Notes under the pieces: generated by a model
The model's database searches: none
The model's input: only the letters and a program-made list of their open reading frames with translations
Told to the model about the DNA's origin: nothing
NCBI GenBank assembly: GCA_034211175.1
Contig: JAXHUH010000073.1
Location: 1-64,000, forward strand
DNA from: Actinomycetota bacterium
Lineage (GTDB): Bacteria; Actinomycetota; Acidimicrobiia; Acidimicrobiales; CAIXPF01
Direction of reading: 5' to 3'
Length of the DNA stretch: 64,000 nt
Part shown: in pieces, positions 13,442 to 22,746 of the stretch
Layout of the letters: each line of letters starts with the position of its first letter
Position numbering within the stretch: position 1 is the first letter of the stretch
Position numbers and translations under genes: made by a program

Positions 13442-14135
13442 CGACCTGTTCGAACAGGTTGTAGCGGCCGTCCTTGCCGACCTGCTCGATCTCGCCGCAG
13501 CGCACGAGGGTGTACGCGACGCGCTGCGCGAGATCGAGCCGGATGTGGGCCTCGTCGGCCAGCATCCTGGTCGTGAACCGCGCCGGCAGGCTGTCGGGTA
13601 GGAGGTCGCGCAGCTCCCGGGTCGACGCGAACAGCTGGTGGGACACGACCTCGAGCAGTCGGCGGTCGTGGATGCTCCAGCCCCTTCGTCGCCAGCTCCC
13701 GAGGCCGTCGTCGCGTCGGATCTCCTCCTGGCGGACGAGCACGACGCCGACCGTCAGTCCGGGGTGGCCCAGCAGATCGGGGATGCGCATCAGCTCGGCG
13801 AACAGGTCGAGCTCGCCGCCCCGCTTCGGTGAGCGGCGCCGCCCGACCGGCTCGCCATCGGCCGTCTCCTTGACGATCCAGGTCTCGGTGGCCACCGGGT
13901 GGAGGACGATGATGCGGTGGTCGGCGGCGAGCAGCGTGTCGAGCTTGCGGCGCATCGAGCCGAACCCGCCGGTCTGGATCTCGACGAGGCGATCGCCGCG
14001 GACGAGGTCGATGACGTAGCCGTCGACCGGCACCTCGACCTGGTCACCGGGTCGGGCGAACCACACCTTCAGCTCCGCGTGGAGCGAGCGCTCGGTGAGC
14101 GTGCCGACGTGATTGGCGACCATGGTGGGTGCCAT
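13437..14135 (-). CDS. hypothetical protein with PD-(D/E)XK nuclease-like core and C-terminal wHTH-like tail
   Basis: 232 aa. E...D(GYVIDLV)...EIQ arrangement resembles a restriction-endonuclease-fold motif. The C-terminus (RLDLAQRVAYTLVRCGEIEQVGKDGRYNLF) looks like a winged helix. Family not identified. Confidence 0.6.
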   Translation of the reverse strand: MAPTMVANHVGTLTERSLHAELKVWFARPGDQVEVPVDGYVIDLVRGDRLVEIQTGGFGSMRRKLDTLLAADHRIIVLHPVATETWIVKETADGEPVGRRRSPKRGGELDLFAELMRIPDLLGHPGLTVGVVLVRQEEIRRDDGLGSWRRRGWSIHDRRLLEVVSHQLFASTRELRDLLPDSLPARFTTRMLADEAHIRLDLAQRVAYTLVRCGEIEQVGKDGRYNLFEQVG

Positions 14136-14251
14136 CGAACCAGCTCCCGGCGGTGAACGGGTGCATGGTTCCGGCTACCGAGGGTCGGTGATCGTTGCAG
14201 ATGTGACGAATGCGGCGGTAGTCGGACGACCGTGATGGGTAGGTCGACGTC

Positions 14252-14767
14252 ATGACCGACACCACGTTCGACGACATCTCGATCGACGACGCCGCGCTGG
14301 CCGAGTTGTCCGGAGCGACCCGGGTGCTCGCCGCCACCGACGACGGCACTGACCCCGAGCTGGTCTATGAGCGGAAGGCAGCGGCCCGCCTGGCCGCCCG
14401 CCTCGGCGCGACCTTGTTCCTGTCCGACCGCAGCCTGCGGACGTGGGGCGAGACACCTCACACCCGCGGCCCGGCCACCCTCGAGCAGCTCCGCGCCGAC
14501 GGGATCGAGCACATGGTCGCCCAGATGGAGGAGGCGATGGCGCTCGGCGTGGGTGAGGTCTACGCCGTGGCCCCGTCGATGCCGTCGCTCGAGTCCGTCG
14601 ACCTGGCCGTCGAGGCCACCGATCCGTCGGTCGTCGTGGTCCCGCCCCGGTTCGAGGAGACGACGCTGGGCGATCGCGTCCAGATGCGGGGCGACCTCGT
14701 CAAGGCCGTGCGTGACCGGGCCAAGGTCGTCGTCGCCCATCCCGACGGTCGGATCACGCTCGCCTGA
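14252..14767 (+). CDS. hypothetical protein (171 aa)
   Basis: Non-repetitive acidic ORF, divergent from the nuclease-like gene. No family recognised. Confidence 0.45.
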   Translation: MTDTTFDDISIDDAALAELSGATRVLAATDDGTDPELVYERKAAARLAARLGATLFLSDRSLRTWGETPHTRGPATLEQLRADGIEHMVAQMEEAMALGVGEVYAVAPSMPSLESVDLAVEATDPSVVVVPPRFEETTLGDRVQMRGDLVKAVRDRAKVVVAHPDGRITLA

Positions 14768-14803
14768 GCCCGGGCTCCGGCCGGGCGGCCGGCGTCGAGG
14801 TGC

Positions 14804-15616
14804 TCAGCGCCCGGCGTCGGCCCCGGCCACCGCATGCGCGTCCGCGATCACGAGGCGCATGAACGCCGCGACTTCCCGTGTCCGAGCGGCCGACGGTTGG
14901 TCGGCCGCTCGGGCCGCGTCGTCGGTGCGTAGCGCCAGCGCCTCGTCGATCAGCGCAGCCCACCGGTCGCCGAACCGCTCACGTGCGTAGAGACCCGCGG
15001 CCCGCTTGGACACGACGTCGCCGATCGCGATCGTCCGGTGCAGACGCGGCGGGCCGAGGACCATCCACTCGACGAACCCCGCCCCGGCCCGGGCGTTGCG
15101 CTCGTCATCGGCGGTCTCGATCATCTCGGCCAGGCCGGCCCAGTACGAGTCGAGGTTCGCGAGGTTCCAGGCCACGAGGTCGCCCCGGTCGAGGTGGACG
15201 TCGAGCGTCGACGGCGCCGGGCCCCGCAGCGCGATGCCGTGGTGGGCGAGCACGTGCCACTCGACCGGGTTCGCCGCGGTCGTCGAGAGCTCGAGCTCGC
15301 CGCCGTTCCAGAACGGCACGTCGACCAGACCGGCAGCGGGACCCGCGAGCTGGCGCGCTTCGACGTAGAGCGTGGACAGCGGCGGACCGGCCACGGCGGC
15401 GTCGACCTCGCGGCCGATCGCCTCGATCGTGGTGATGTCCGGCGCCGCCTCGCCGACCGCGACCAGGTCCACGTCGGAGCGCCCCTCCTCGAACGCCCCC
15501 AACGCGATCGATCCGCACACGTAGACACCGTCGACGCCGTGGTTCGGGTGTCGGTCGAGCGACCCGAGGTACGCCTCGACGGCGATGGCGGCGGACGTGG
15601 GCAACTCGGCGGCCAT
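14804..15616 (-). CDS. aminoglycoside nucleotidyltransferase-like protein (ANT(3'')/AadA-like NTase domain + DUF4111)
   Basis: NTase motif (GVYVCGSIALGAFEEGRSDVDLVAV). Start placed at ATG 15616 (MAAELPTSA...). The ORF track extends 138 codons upstream in an Arg-rich, non-protein-like stretch. Confidence 0.7.
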   Translation of the reverse strand: MAAELPTSAAIAVEAYLGSLDRHPNHGVDGVYVCGSIALGAFEEGRSDVDLVAVGEAAPDITTIEAIGREVDAAVAGPPLSTLYVEARQLAGPAAGLVDVPFWNGGELELSTTAANPVEWHVLAHHGIALRGPAPSTLDVHLDRGDLVAWNLANLDSYWAGLAEMIETADDERNARAGAGFVEWMVLGPPRLHRTIAIGDVVSKRAAGLYARERFGDRWAALIDEALALRTDDAARAADQPSAARTREVAAFMRLVIADAHAVAGADAGR

Positions 15617-15708
15617 ACCTCGACCCAAGCCGGCCGTGGTCCACCCGACAAGGTCCACCTGTGGCCCGCCACCCCGGCTCGGCCCGGTTCCGTGCGCAGT
15701 GGGCGTGT

Positions 15709-16509
15709 TCAGGCCCGGCGCTCGCGCACCACACCCTCCTGGGCGATGGTGGCGATGAGCACACCTTCCGCGGCGAACACCGAGCCGACCGCCAGGCCCC
15801 GCGAGCCGACCGTCCCCCGCGACGACACGTCGAAGAGCAACCACTCGTCGGCCCGCGCCGGCCGGTGGAACCAGATCGAGTGGTCGAGGCTGGCGGCCAT
15901 CGTGCCGTCGGCCGGTTCGGCCGGGTCGTAGGACAGCACGGCGTCCATCGCGTTGTAGTCCGAGAGGAACGCAAGCGCGCACGCGTGGAGCACGGGGTCG
16001 TCGCTCTCGAGCCCGTCGGCCGCCAGCCACTGGCGGCTCCGGTCGGGCCCCGGGGCGAGCTCGGCGCTCGCCCGGACGAAGAACCCGCGGTCGCTCGGCG
16101 AGGCGTCCTCGGGGCGGGGTACCCCCGCCGGGGCCTCGTCGGCCTGGTGGTCGAGGCCGCCTTCGCGCTGCTGGAACGAGGCGGTCACCGTGGCCAGGGT
16201 CTCGCCGTCCTGCACCACGTCGACCCGCCTGGTCGAGAACGAGCGGCCCTCGCGGGTGCGTTCGACGGCGTAGCGCAACGGCGCGGCGACATCGCCCCCG
16301 CCGAGGAAGTAGGCGTGCAGCGAGTGGACCGGCCGGTCCCGCTCGACCGTTGCCGCGGCGGCCCAGAGCGCCTGGGCGACGGCTTGACCGCCGTAGACCC
16401 GCTGATGGTCATAGGACGGGCTCTCGCCGACGAACTGGTCGTCGCCGTCGGGGAGGACGGCGATGAGCTGGGCGAGATCGAGGCGGAGCATCAGCGGCGA
16501 CCGCGCCAC
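15709..16509 (-). CDS. tesB: acyl-CoA thioesterase II
   Basis: 266 aa. Double hot-dog TesB signature (YGGQAVAQAL, HSLHAYFL, LDHSIWFHR). Confidence 0.8.
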   Translation of the reverse strand: MARSPLMLRLDLAQLIAVLPDGDDQFVGESPSYDHQRVYGGQAVAQALWAAAATVERDRPVHSLHAYFLGGGDVAAPLRYAVERTREGRSFSTRRVDVVQDGETLATVTASFQQREGGLDHQADEAPAGVPRPEDASPSDRGFFVRASAELAPGPDRSRQWLAADGLESDDPVLHACALAFLSDYNAMDAVLSYDPAEPADGTMAASLDHSIWFHRPARADEWLLFDVSSRGTVGSRGLAVGSVFAAEGVLIATIAQEGVVRERRA

Positions 16510-16706
16510 TCACCGATGCGCCGCAACGCCGGCGCGTGCATGGCATCACGCTAGTTGGGACCCGCTCGGGCGCGTCGATCCACCTCGGCGCGGCGAGGCG
16601 TCCCGCCGGAGCGGGTCCGTGCCGTGCCGGTGGGCTTGGCCGGGTGCGGCGGGGGGTAGGTTGCTGCGCCGTGGCCAGGTTTCGACGGGGTTCAGGCATC
16701 GATGAC

Positions 16707-17564
16707 GTGACGGACCGGCGGGGCGCGTCCAAGGGCGCGATGGCCGGAGGCGCCGTCGGAGGGGTGGGTGTCGTCGGGCTCGTGATCTACCTGCTCGTCA
16801 GCGTTCTCGGTGGCGGCGGGTCCGGCTCGGGTGGCTTCGACATCGGCACCGCCCTCGACGGTCTGTCGACCGGTGGGAGCCTGCCGACCGAGGAGGTCCC
16901 GCCGACCGGGTTCGACCCCGACGCCGACCTGGCCGCGTTCGTGTCCGACGCGACGACCAACATCCAGGACACGTGGCAGGCACAGTTCGACGCCTCGGGC
17001 GAGGTCTACCAGCGGGCCGACGTGATCCTGTTCGAGGGCAGCGAGCCGTCGGGCTGCGGCGGCGCGACCTCGGCGATCGGGCCCCACTACTGCCCGCCCG
17101 ACCAGCGGGTCTACCTCGACCTGGGCTTCTTCGAGGACCTCGAGACCCGCTTCGGCGCCCCCGGTGACTTCGCGGTCGCGTACGTCATCGCCCACGAGAT
17201 CGGCCACCACGTCCAGACCCTGCTCGGGATCAGCTCCGCAGTCCGGTCCGAGGCGCAGCGCAACCCGGACCAGGCCAACGAGCTGTCGATCCGCCAGGAG
17301 CTGCAGGCCGACTGCTTCGCCGGCGTGTGGACGGCGCAGGCGGAGGACGCCGGCACCCTGGTGCTCGAACCGGGCGACATCGACGAGGGCCTCACCGCAG
17401 CGGCCGCCGTCGGCGACGACCGGATCCAGGAGGCCGCCACCGGCCGGATCGACCCGGAGAGCTGGACGCACGGGTCGGCCGAGCAGCGCACCCGCTGGTT
17501 CACCAACGGCTACGAGTCCGCCGACCCCAACACCTGCGACACCTACTCGATCGCCGAGCCCTGA
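16707..17564 (+). CDS. neutral zinc metallopeptidase, YpfJ family
   Basis: Collinear with E. coli YpfJ (HYCPPDQRVYLDLGFF, VIAHEIGHHVQ, ELQADCFAGVW, GDDRIQ, SWTHGS). GTG start at 16707 chosen. ATG 16740 is an alternative. Confidence 0.85.
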   Translation: MTDRRGASKGAMAGGAVGGVGVVGLVIYLLVSVLGGGGSGSGGFDIGTALDGLSTGGSLPTEEVPPTGFDPDADLAAFVSDATTNIQDTWQAQFDASGEVYQRADVILFEGSEPSGCGGATSAIGPHYCPPDQRVYLDLGFFEDLETRFGAPGDFAVAYVIAHEIGHHVQTLLGISSAVRSEAQRNPDQANELSIRQELQADCFAGVWTAQAEDAGTLVLEPGDIDEGLTAAAAVGDDRIQEAATGRIDPESWTHGSAEQRTRWFTNGYESADPNTCDTYSIAEP

Positions 17565-17602
17565 TCGCTCCCGGGCCAGCGCGGCCGCCGGTGCGCCGCT
17601 GA

Positions 17603-18685
17603 TCAGGTGAGGTCGATCCCGGGGCCGAGCTCGCCGGCCGGCTCCCGACCCGCACCGAGCGATCCGAGATCGTCCGGGCCGTCGAGCCCGTGCTCCTCGT
17701 CCTTGCCGGGTGCCCGTGCGTCGTCGCCGTCGGCCTGCCAGGGGATCTCGAAGGCCTCGTAGGTGCCGGAGAGGCCCTTCAGGGTGAGGACCCGGGAGGC
17801 GCCGAACGCCACGTCGCCGCCGCTGGAGACGATCTCCTTGACCAGCGTCGACGCCAGGATCTGACCGCCGTCGGCGGCGTCCGCGATGCGGGACGCGATG
17901 ACGACGTGCTTGCCGAACAGGTCGCCGTCGGCCGTCATCGCCTCGCCGGTGTGGAGGCCCATGCGAATGCGGAACGCGAGCCGCGGGTCGTCGCGGTTGT
18001 GCGCCGCGATGTCGCGCTGGCAGGCGATGGCGAACAGCACGGCGCGGCGGGCGCTGGCGAAGGTGAGCATGAACCCGTCGCCCTGGTTCTTGACCTCCTG
18101 GCCGCCGAGCTCGCGCAGGCGCGTCCGGATGATCAGGTTGTGCGCCTCCAGCAGCTCGAACCACTGGCGATCACCGAGCCGCTCGGCCATCGCGGACGAC
18201 GACTCGATGTCGCTGAACACGATCGTGACCGTCGTACCCGTCTGGCGGCCCGGCGCCGCGCCGAGGCGGCGCATCGGCTGCGCGGGCAGCTGGGAGGTCA
18301 CGGCGTCGGCGACGTCGATGACCGAGGTGCGCCGGGCGTTCACCGCGCCGTGGACCATCGTGTCCATCGTCGCCCGCGGCACCAGATCGTCGACGCCGGG
18401 GAGCTTGACGAGCTGGATGCGGGTGTCGCCCAGCGTGAGGACGTCGCCGATGTCGAGTGAGCCGAAGCCGGCCGCGGTGCCGTTGACCGAGATCCCGTTC
18501 GTGCTGCCGAGGTCCTCGACCTGGAGCGTCGTGCCGTGGGGCGTCAGCATGCAGTGGCGACGCGACGCCCTCGGGTCCGCGATGAGCAGGCCGTCGCAGT
18601 CACGACCGACCTCGAGCGGTCGGTCGACGACGACGAGGAGCGGTCTGCGGCCTGGCTGAAGCACCTCGATGATCGGCGGGACCAC
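17603..18685 (-). CDS. FHA-domain-containing adenylate/guanylate cyclase
   Basis: N-terminal FHA (LEVGRDCDGLLIADPRASRRHCMLTP...GSTNGISVNG) and C-terminal class III cyclase domain (VTIVFSDIESSSAM...GDGFMLTF...MGLHTGEA). Confidence 0.85.
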   Translation of the reverse strand: MVPPIIEVLQPGRRPLLVVVDRPLEVGRDCDGLLIADPRASRRHCMLTPHGTTLQVEDLGSTNGISVNGTAAGFGSLDIGDVLTLGDTRIQLVKLPGVDDLVPRATMDTMVHGAVNARRTSVIDVADAVTSQLPAQPMRRLGAAPGRQTGTTVTIVFSDIESSSAMAERLGDRQWFELLEAHNLIIRTRLRELGGQEVKNQGDGFMLTFASARRAVLFAIACQRDIAAHNRDDPRLAFRIRMGLHTGEAMTADGDLFGKHVVIASRIADAADGGQILASTLVKEIVSSGGDVAFGASRVLTLKGLSGTYEAFEIPWQADGDDARAPGKDEEHGLDGPDDLGSLGAGREPAGELGPGIDLT

Positions 18686-18761
18686 GCTGCCTCCGGGGAT
18701 CTCGACGACCGATCGTAGCCGTGACCTCGTGAGTGAGCGCCATGGTGCGCGCCGCCGGCGA

Positions 18762-19133
18762 TCAGCTCGTGGCCGCGTCCCGTTCGCCGTGACGCAGGTG
18801 GCGGGTGTCGGTGGGTGGCGGCGGCGGGGGCCCGAGGAGCAGATCGACGACCTCCGGCGACGGCGGCGGGCCGGCGTCGCGGCGGCCGACGAGGAAGATC
18901 AACCGGGCGAGCTCGAAGCGGAGGTCGAGCGAGCCGTCGCCCTCCACGAACACGTCGAGCATCGGCCCGTACTCGAGGTGGACGTCGACCGGGATCGGTG
19001 CCGGCCCGGCGACCGGGTGCACGTCACGAGCGGCCACGACGGCGGACGCGCTCCGGTACACGGGCGCGTCGTCGCCGGTGCCGAGGGTCCAGAACGTCGT
19101 CGTCGGCCGGTCGGGTCGCTCCTTCACGGCCAC
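18762..19133 (-). CDS. hypothetical protein (123 aa), low confidence
   Basis: ORF divergent from the MFS gene. Pro-rich tail. It could be non-coding. Confidence 0.3.
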   Translation of the reverse strand: MAVKERPDRPTTTFWTLGTGDDAPVYRSASAVVAARDVHPVAGPAPIPVDVHLEYGPMLDVFVEGDGSLDLRFELARLIFLVGRRDAGPPPSPEVVDLLLGPPPPPPTDTRHLRHGERDAATS

Positions 19134-19251
19134 CCTTCGACGCCGTTAGGCGATCGCTTGAGACCGGCCCCCAGCCCGGATGACGTCGTCACGCAACCGT
19201 CCTTTCCGCGGCGCGGAACTGTGACGAACGACATCTGTCGTCGTTCGATAG

Positions 19252-20757
19252 TTGTCCGACTGCGACATAAGATCACCTGATGGCCACGCCCTCCACCGCT
19301 CTCGCCGCGTGCGCCAACCGGTGCGGCTGACCGAACCCCTCGTCCGGCGGCGCCTCGCGCTCATCGACCGGCTCAGCGCCGACGGTCGCTACCCCCGGTG
19401 GGTGCTCGTCACCGCGCTGATGGGCATCTTCTCGGTGACGTTCCCGGTCACCGTGCTCTCGGTCGCCATCGGCGACATGGCCCGCGAGTTCGGGGTCCGC
19501 GAGACGACGATGGCCCTCGTCGTGTCGGTCCCGTTCCTGCTGTCGGGGCTGGCGCTTCCGATCACCGGCAAGCTCGGCGACCTCTACGGCCACCGCGTCG
19601 TGTTCATCTACGGCTTCGCGCTCGCCACCGTCGGCGCGGCGCTCACCGTGTTCGCACCGAACGCGCTCGCCGTCATCGCGTGCCGCACCTTCTCCCAGGT
19701 CGTGGGCTCGGCCACGATCCCGGCCTCCAGCGCCCTCGTGCTCGGCGTCCACGCCCCCGACGAGCGGACCAAGGCGATGGGCTGGTGGTCGTTCGTCGCC
19801 GCCGCCGCACCGGCCATCGGTCTCGTGGTCGGCGGGCTGGTCATCGACAGCATCGGCTGGCGGCTGCTGTTCGGGATCCAGGCGGTGCTGTCGGCCATTG
19901 CGGTCGTCGCGGCGTGGATCGTCCTGTCGGAGACCACCGAGCGCAAGCGGGTCCGCTTCGACATCGCCGGCGCCGCGCTGCTGGTGCTCGGCGCCGGTGG
20001 CCTGATGGGGGCGCTCGACCGGGGCGAGGCGTGGGGCTGGACCCACTGGTCGGTGTACGCCGGCCTCGTCGCCTGCGTCGTCGGCCTCGTCGGCTTCACC
20101 CGCGTCGAGCGCCGCACCGCCTCGCCGCTCATCGACCTCGACCTGCTGTCGAACACCGCGTTCCGGGCGCCGCTCGTGTCGATGGCGTTCTTCGGTGCCG
20201 CGTACATGAGCGGGTTCGTGCTGGCGCCGCTGATGTTCCAGGAGGTGCTGGGCTACTCGGCTGCGGCGACCTCGCTGTTCATGGGGCTGCGGCCCGTGTC
20301 GGTCAGCACCGGCAGCGCCGCGGTCGGGCGGTTGTCCGACGCCGTCGGCCCCCGAACGACGACGATCATCGGCACCGGCCTGCTCAGCGGGTCACTGCTG
20401 CTGCTGGCCTTCGGGTCGAGCCGCGAGGCGGTGTGGCTGATGTGCATCGCCATCGCGCTCCAGGGCATCGCCAACGGCACCACCCAGCCCGCCCTGCAGG
20501 CCGCGGTGTCGAACGCGGTCGACGACGAGGACCTCGGCATCGCCATGGCCTCGCTGCGGATGGCGATGCAGGTCGGCGCGTCGCTCGGGATCAGCGCGCT
20601 CAGCTCGATCTACGGCGGCGTCAACGAGGCCGGCCGGTTCGGGGCGACGTTCGCCGCCGGCGCCGGCTTCGCGGTCATCGCCGTGATCGCCGCCCGCGGC
20701 GTCGACGCCCGCACCGAGGCCCGAGCCGAAGCCGCCCGCGCCCGCACTGCGGCGTGA
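19252..20757 (+). CDS. MFS transporter, DHA2 (14-TMS drug:H+ antiporter) family
   Basis: ~14 hydrophobic segments and typical MFS motifs (GKLGDLYGHRVVF). The true start is probably the internal GTG near 19341, just before the first TM segment. Confidence 0.85.
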   Translation: MSDCDIRSPDGHALHRSRRVRQPVRLTEPLVRRRLALIDRLSADGRYPRWVLVTALMGIFSVTFPVTVLSVAIGDMAREFGVRETTMALVVSVPFLLSGLALPITGKLGDLYGHRVVFIYGFALATVGAALTVFAPNALAVIACRTFSQVVGSATIPASSALVLGVHAPDERTKAMGWWSFVAAAAPAIGLVVGGLVIDSIGWRLLFGIQAVLSAIAVVAAWIVLSETTERKRVRFDIAGAALLVLGAGGLMGALDRGEAWGWTHWSVYAGLVACVVGLVGFTRVERRTASPLIDLDLLSNTAFRAPLVSMAFFGAAYMSGFVLAPLMFQEVLGYSAAATSLFMGLRPVSVSTGSAAVGRLSDAVGPRTTTIIGTGLLSGSLLLLAFGSSREAVWLMCIAIALQGIANGTTQPALQAAVSNAVDDEDLGIAMASLRMAMQVGASLGISALSSIYGGVNEAGRFGATFAAGAGFAVIAVIAARGVDARTEARAEAARARTAA

Positions 20758-20799
20758 GCGCCTCCTGACGGCCGGGCCCGGACCCCGGCAGCGGTCAGA

Positions 20800-21654
20800 T
20801 CAGAAGCCGGTCATGCCGCCGTCGACGGCGATGACCTGGCCGGTCAGGTAGACGCTCTCGTCCGAGGTGAGGAACAGGGCGGTGTACGCCACCTCCCAGC
20901 CGGTGCCCATGCGACCGAAAGGGATGCGGGTGCCGGCCCTCGACGGGCGGCCCTGGTTGGCCCGCCGGCCGAGGGGTGTGTCGATCAGGCCCGGGCAGAT
21001 CGTGTTGGCCCGGATCCCCCGGCGAGCGCCCTCCATGGCCACGTGGCGCATCAGGCCCGACAGCGCCGCCTTCGACGCGTCGTAGGCCGGGAGGCGGGAC
21101 CCGGCGGTGAGCCCGGCGACCGACGAGATGAACACGATCGACGAGTCGTCGTCGAGCACCTCGAGCGCCTGGCGGCAGCACAACATCGGCCCCCGCAGGT
21201 TGACCCGCAGCGTCTTGTCCCACGACGTCACGTCGGTGTTGGCGAGGCCGAGGCCGCCGAGGCCGATCCCGACGTTGCAGACCAGCCCGTCGAGCCCACC
21301 GAGGCGCTCGTGGGCCTCGGACACCATGGCGGCGACGTCGGCCTCCGAGGAGATGTCGGCCTCGATCCCGAACGCGGTCGCCTCGGGCGACTCGTCGCCG
21401 ATGCGGGCGATCGTCTCCTGCGCCGCGCCCAGGTCCTTGTCGGCGATGGCGACGGCCGCGCCCTCCCGGGCGAACAGCAGGCTCATCGCCCGGCCGTTGC
21501 CGATCGGATCGGTCTCCGCGTCGACGACCTGCTGGCCGCCGCCCACCACGAGCAACTTCCGCCCGGCCAGCCGGCCCCGTCCGGGTGCCTCCCCGGCCGA
21601 CTCCGCCGACGGTGGCCGCACGTGCCGCTCCGGTCGCGTCACCACATCGGTCAT
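20800..21654 (-). CDS. SDR family oxidoreductase
   Basis: 285 aa from ATG 21654. TGxxxGxG-like motif (LLVVGGGQQ), NVGIG, and catalytic YDASK. Confidence 0.85.
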   Translation of the reverse strand: MTDVVTRPERHVRPPSAESAGEAPGRGRLAGRKLLVVGGGQQVVDAETDPIGNGRAMSLLFAREGAAVAIADKDLGAAQETIARIGDESPEATAFGIEADISSEADVAAMVSEAHERLGGLDGLVCNVGIGLGGLGLANTDVTSWDKTLRVNLRGPMLCCRQALEVLDDDSSIVFISSVAGLTAGSRLPAYDASKAALSGLMRHVAMEGARRGIRANTICPGLIDTPLGRRANQGRPSRAGTRIPFGRMGTGWEVAYTALFLTSDESVYLTGQVIAVDGGMTGF

Positions 21655-21869
21655 GCCCAGCCCCCCGTCTCGCCCCACCAGCCGTCGATCACGCGCACCG
21701 AGTCGTCCTCCAACCTGAGCAGCACCCGCTCCGTGAGCTTCGCGTGACGTGCGTCTCATCTGCCAGCGTGGCGGCCCGAATCGTCTGAGCGTTCGTTCGG
21801 TGCGACCGGGCGTCATCCGGCCCGGCAAATCGCCGGTCGGCGAGGTCGGCGGGGGCTAGACCATCGGGT

Positions 21870-22655
21870 ATGGCCGACTGGTTGGTGGCGCGGTTGCGGG
21901 ACCGGTTGGAGGTCAACGCACCGTACGAGGGGGTCGTGGCCGAGGGCTACGACGCGTGGATCCCGGTCGACGAGCCGCTCGAGGAGGAGGCCGTCTACCG
22001 GCGGGTCCTCGACGAGACCGACGGGACCACCCTGGAGCTCGGCTGCGGCACCGGCCGACCGCTGCTGCGCTGGCTGGCCGACGGCTACGACGTCGAGGGC
22101 ATCGACGCGTCGGTCGACATGTTGCGCATCCTCTACCGCCACGCCACCGAGCGCGGCCTCGACCCGACCGTCCACCACGGTGACATGGCCCCGCTCGCCC
22201 TCGCCCGCGGCTACGGCGCCATCGTCTGCCCGGCCGGCTCGTTCATGCTCATCGACGACGTGGACCGCGCCCGCCGGGCCCTCGCCAGCTACCTGGCCCA
22301 CCTGCACCCGGGTGGCACGCTCGGCCTCACGATGAGCGCACCCGGCCCCGACGACGACGTCGGGCAGCTGTCGTGGCGGATCCGGCGCACCGGCACGACC
22401 TCGGACGGGCGCACGATCGTCGTGAACGAGGCGACCCGGGTCGACCGCGACGAGCACGTCACGATCGTGTTCAACCGCATCGAGACCTACGACACCGAGG
22501 GCAACCTCCATGCCACCACCATGCGGCGCAACCACCTCCGCTGGTGGCCCCGCGACGTGCTCGGCGCCACGCTGGCCGAGGTCGGCTTCGTGGACGTGCG
22601 CTCGGTCGGTGACGACCGGGGCTGGGTGAGCCTGGCCCGCGCCCCGCAGGCCTGA
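21870..22655 (+). CDS. class I SAM-dependent methyltransferase
   Basis: 261 aa. SAM motif LELGCGTGRP. Confidence 0.8.
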   Translation: MADWLVARLRDRLEVNAPYEGVVAEGYDAWIPVDEPLEEEAVYRRVLDETDGTTLELGCGTGRPLLRWLADGYDVEGIDASVDMLRILYRHATERGLDPTVHHGDMAPLALARGYGAIVCPAGSFMLIDDVDRARRALASYLAHLHPGGTLGLTMSAPGPDDDVGQLSWRIRRTGTTSDGRTIVVNEATRVDRDEHVTIVFNRIETYDTEGNLHATTMRRNHLRWWPRDVLGATLAEVGFVDVRSVGDDRGWVSLARAPQA

Positions 22656-22746
22656 TGGCGCAGAGCCCGCGGCCTGCGTCCCGTTCGACCAGACTCGGAG
22701 CCGACCGGCGAGCGACGCCGGGTGTCGAACCCCGGAGGGGCCAGCC

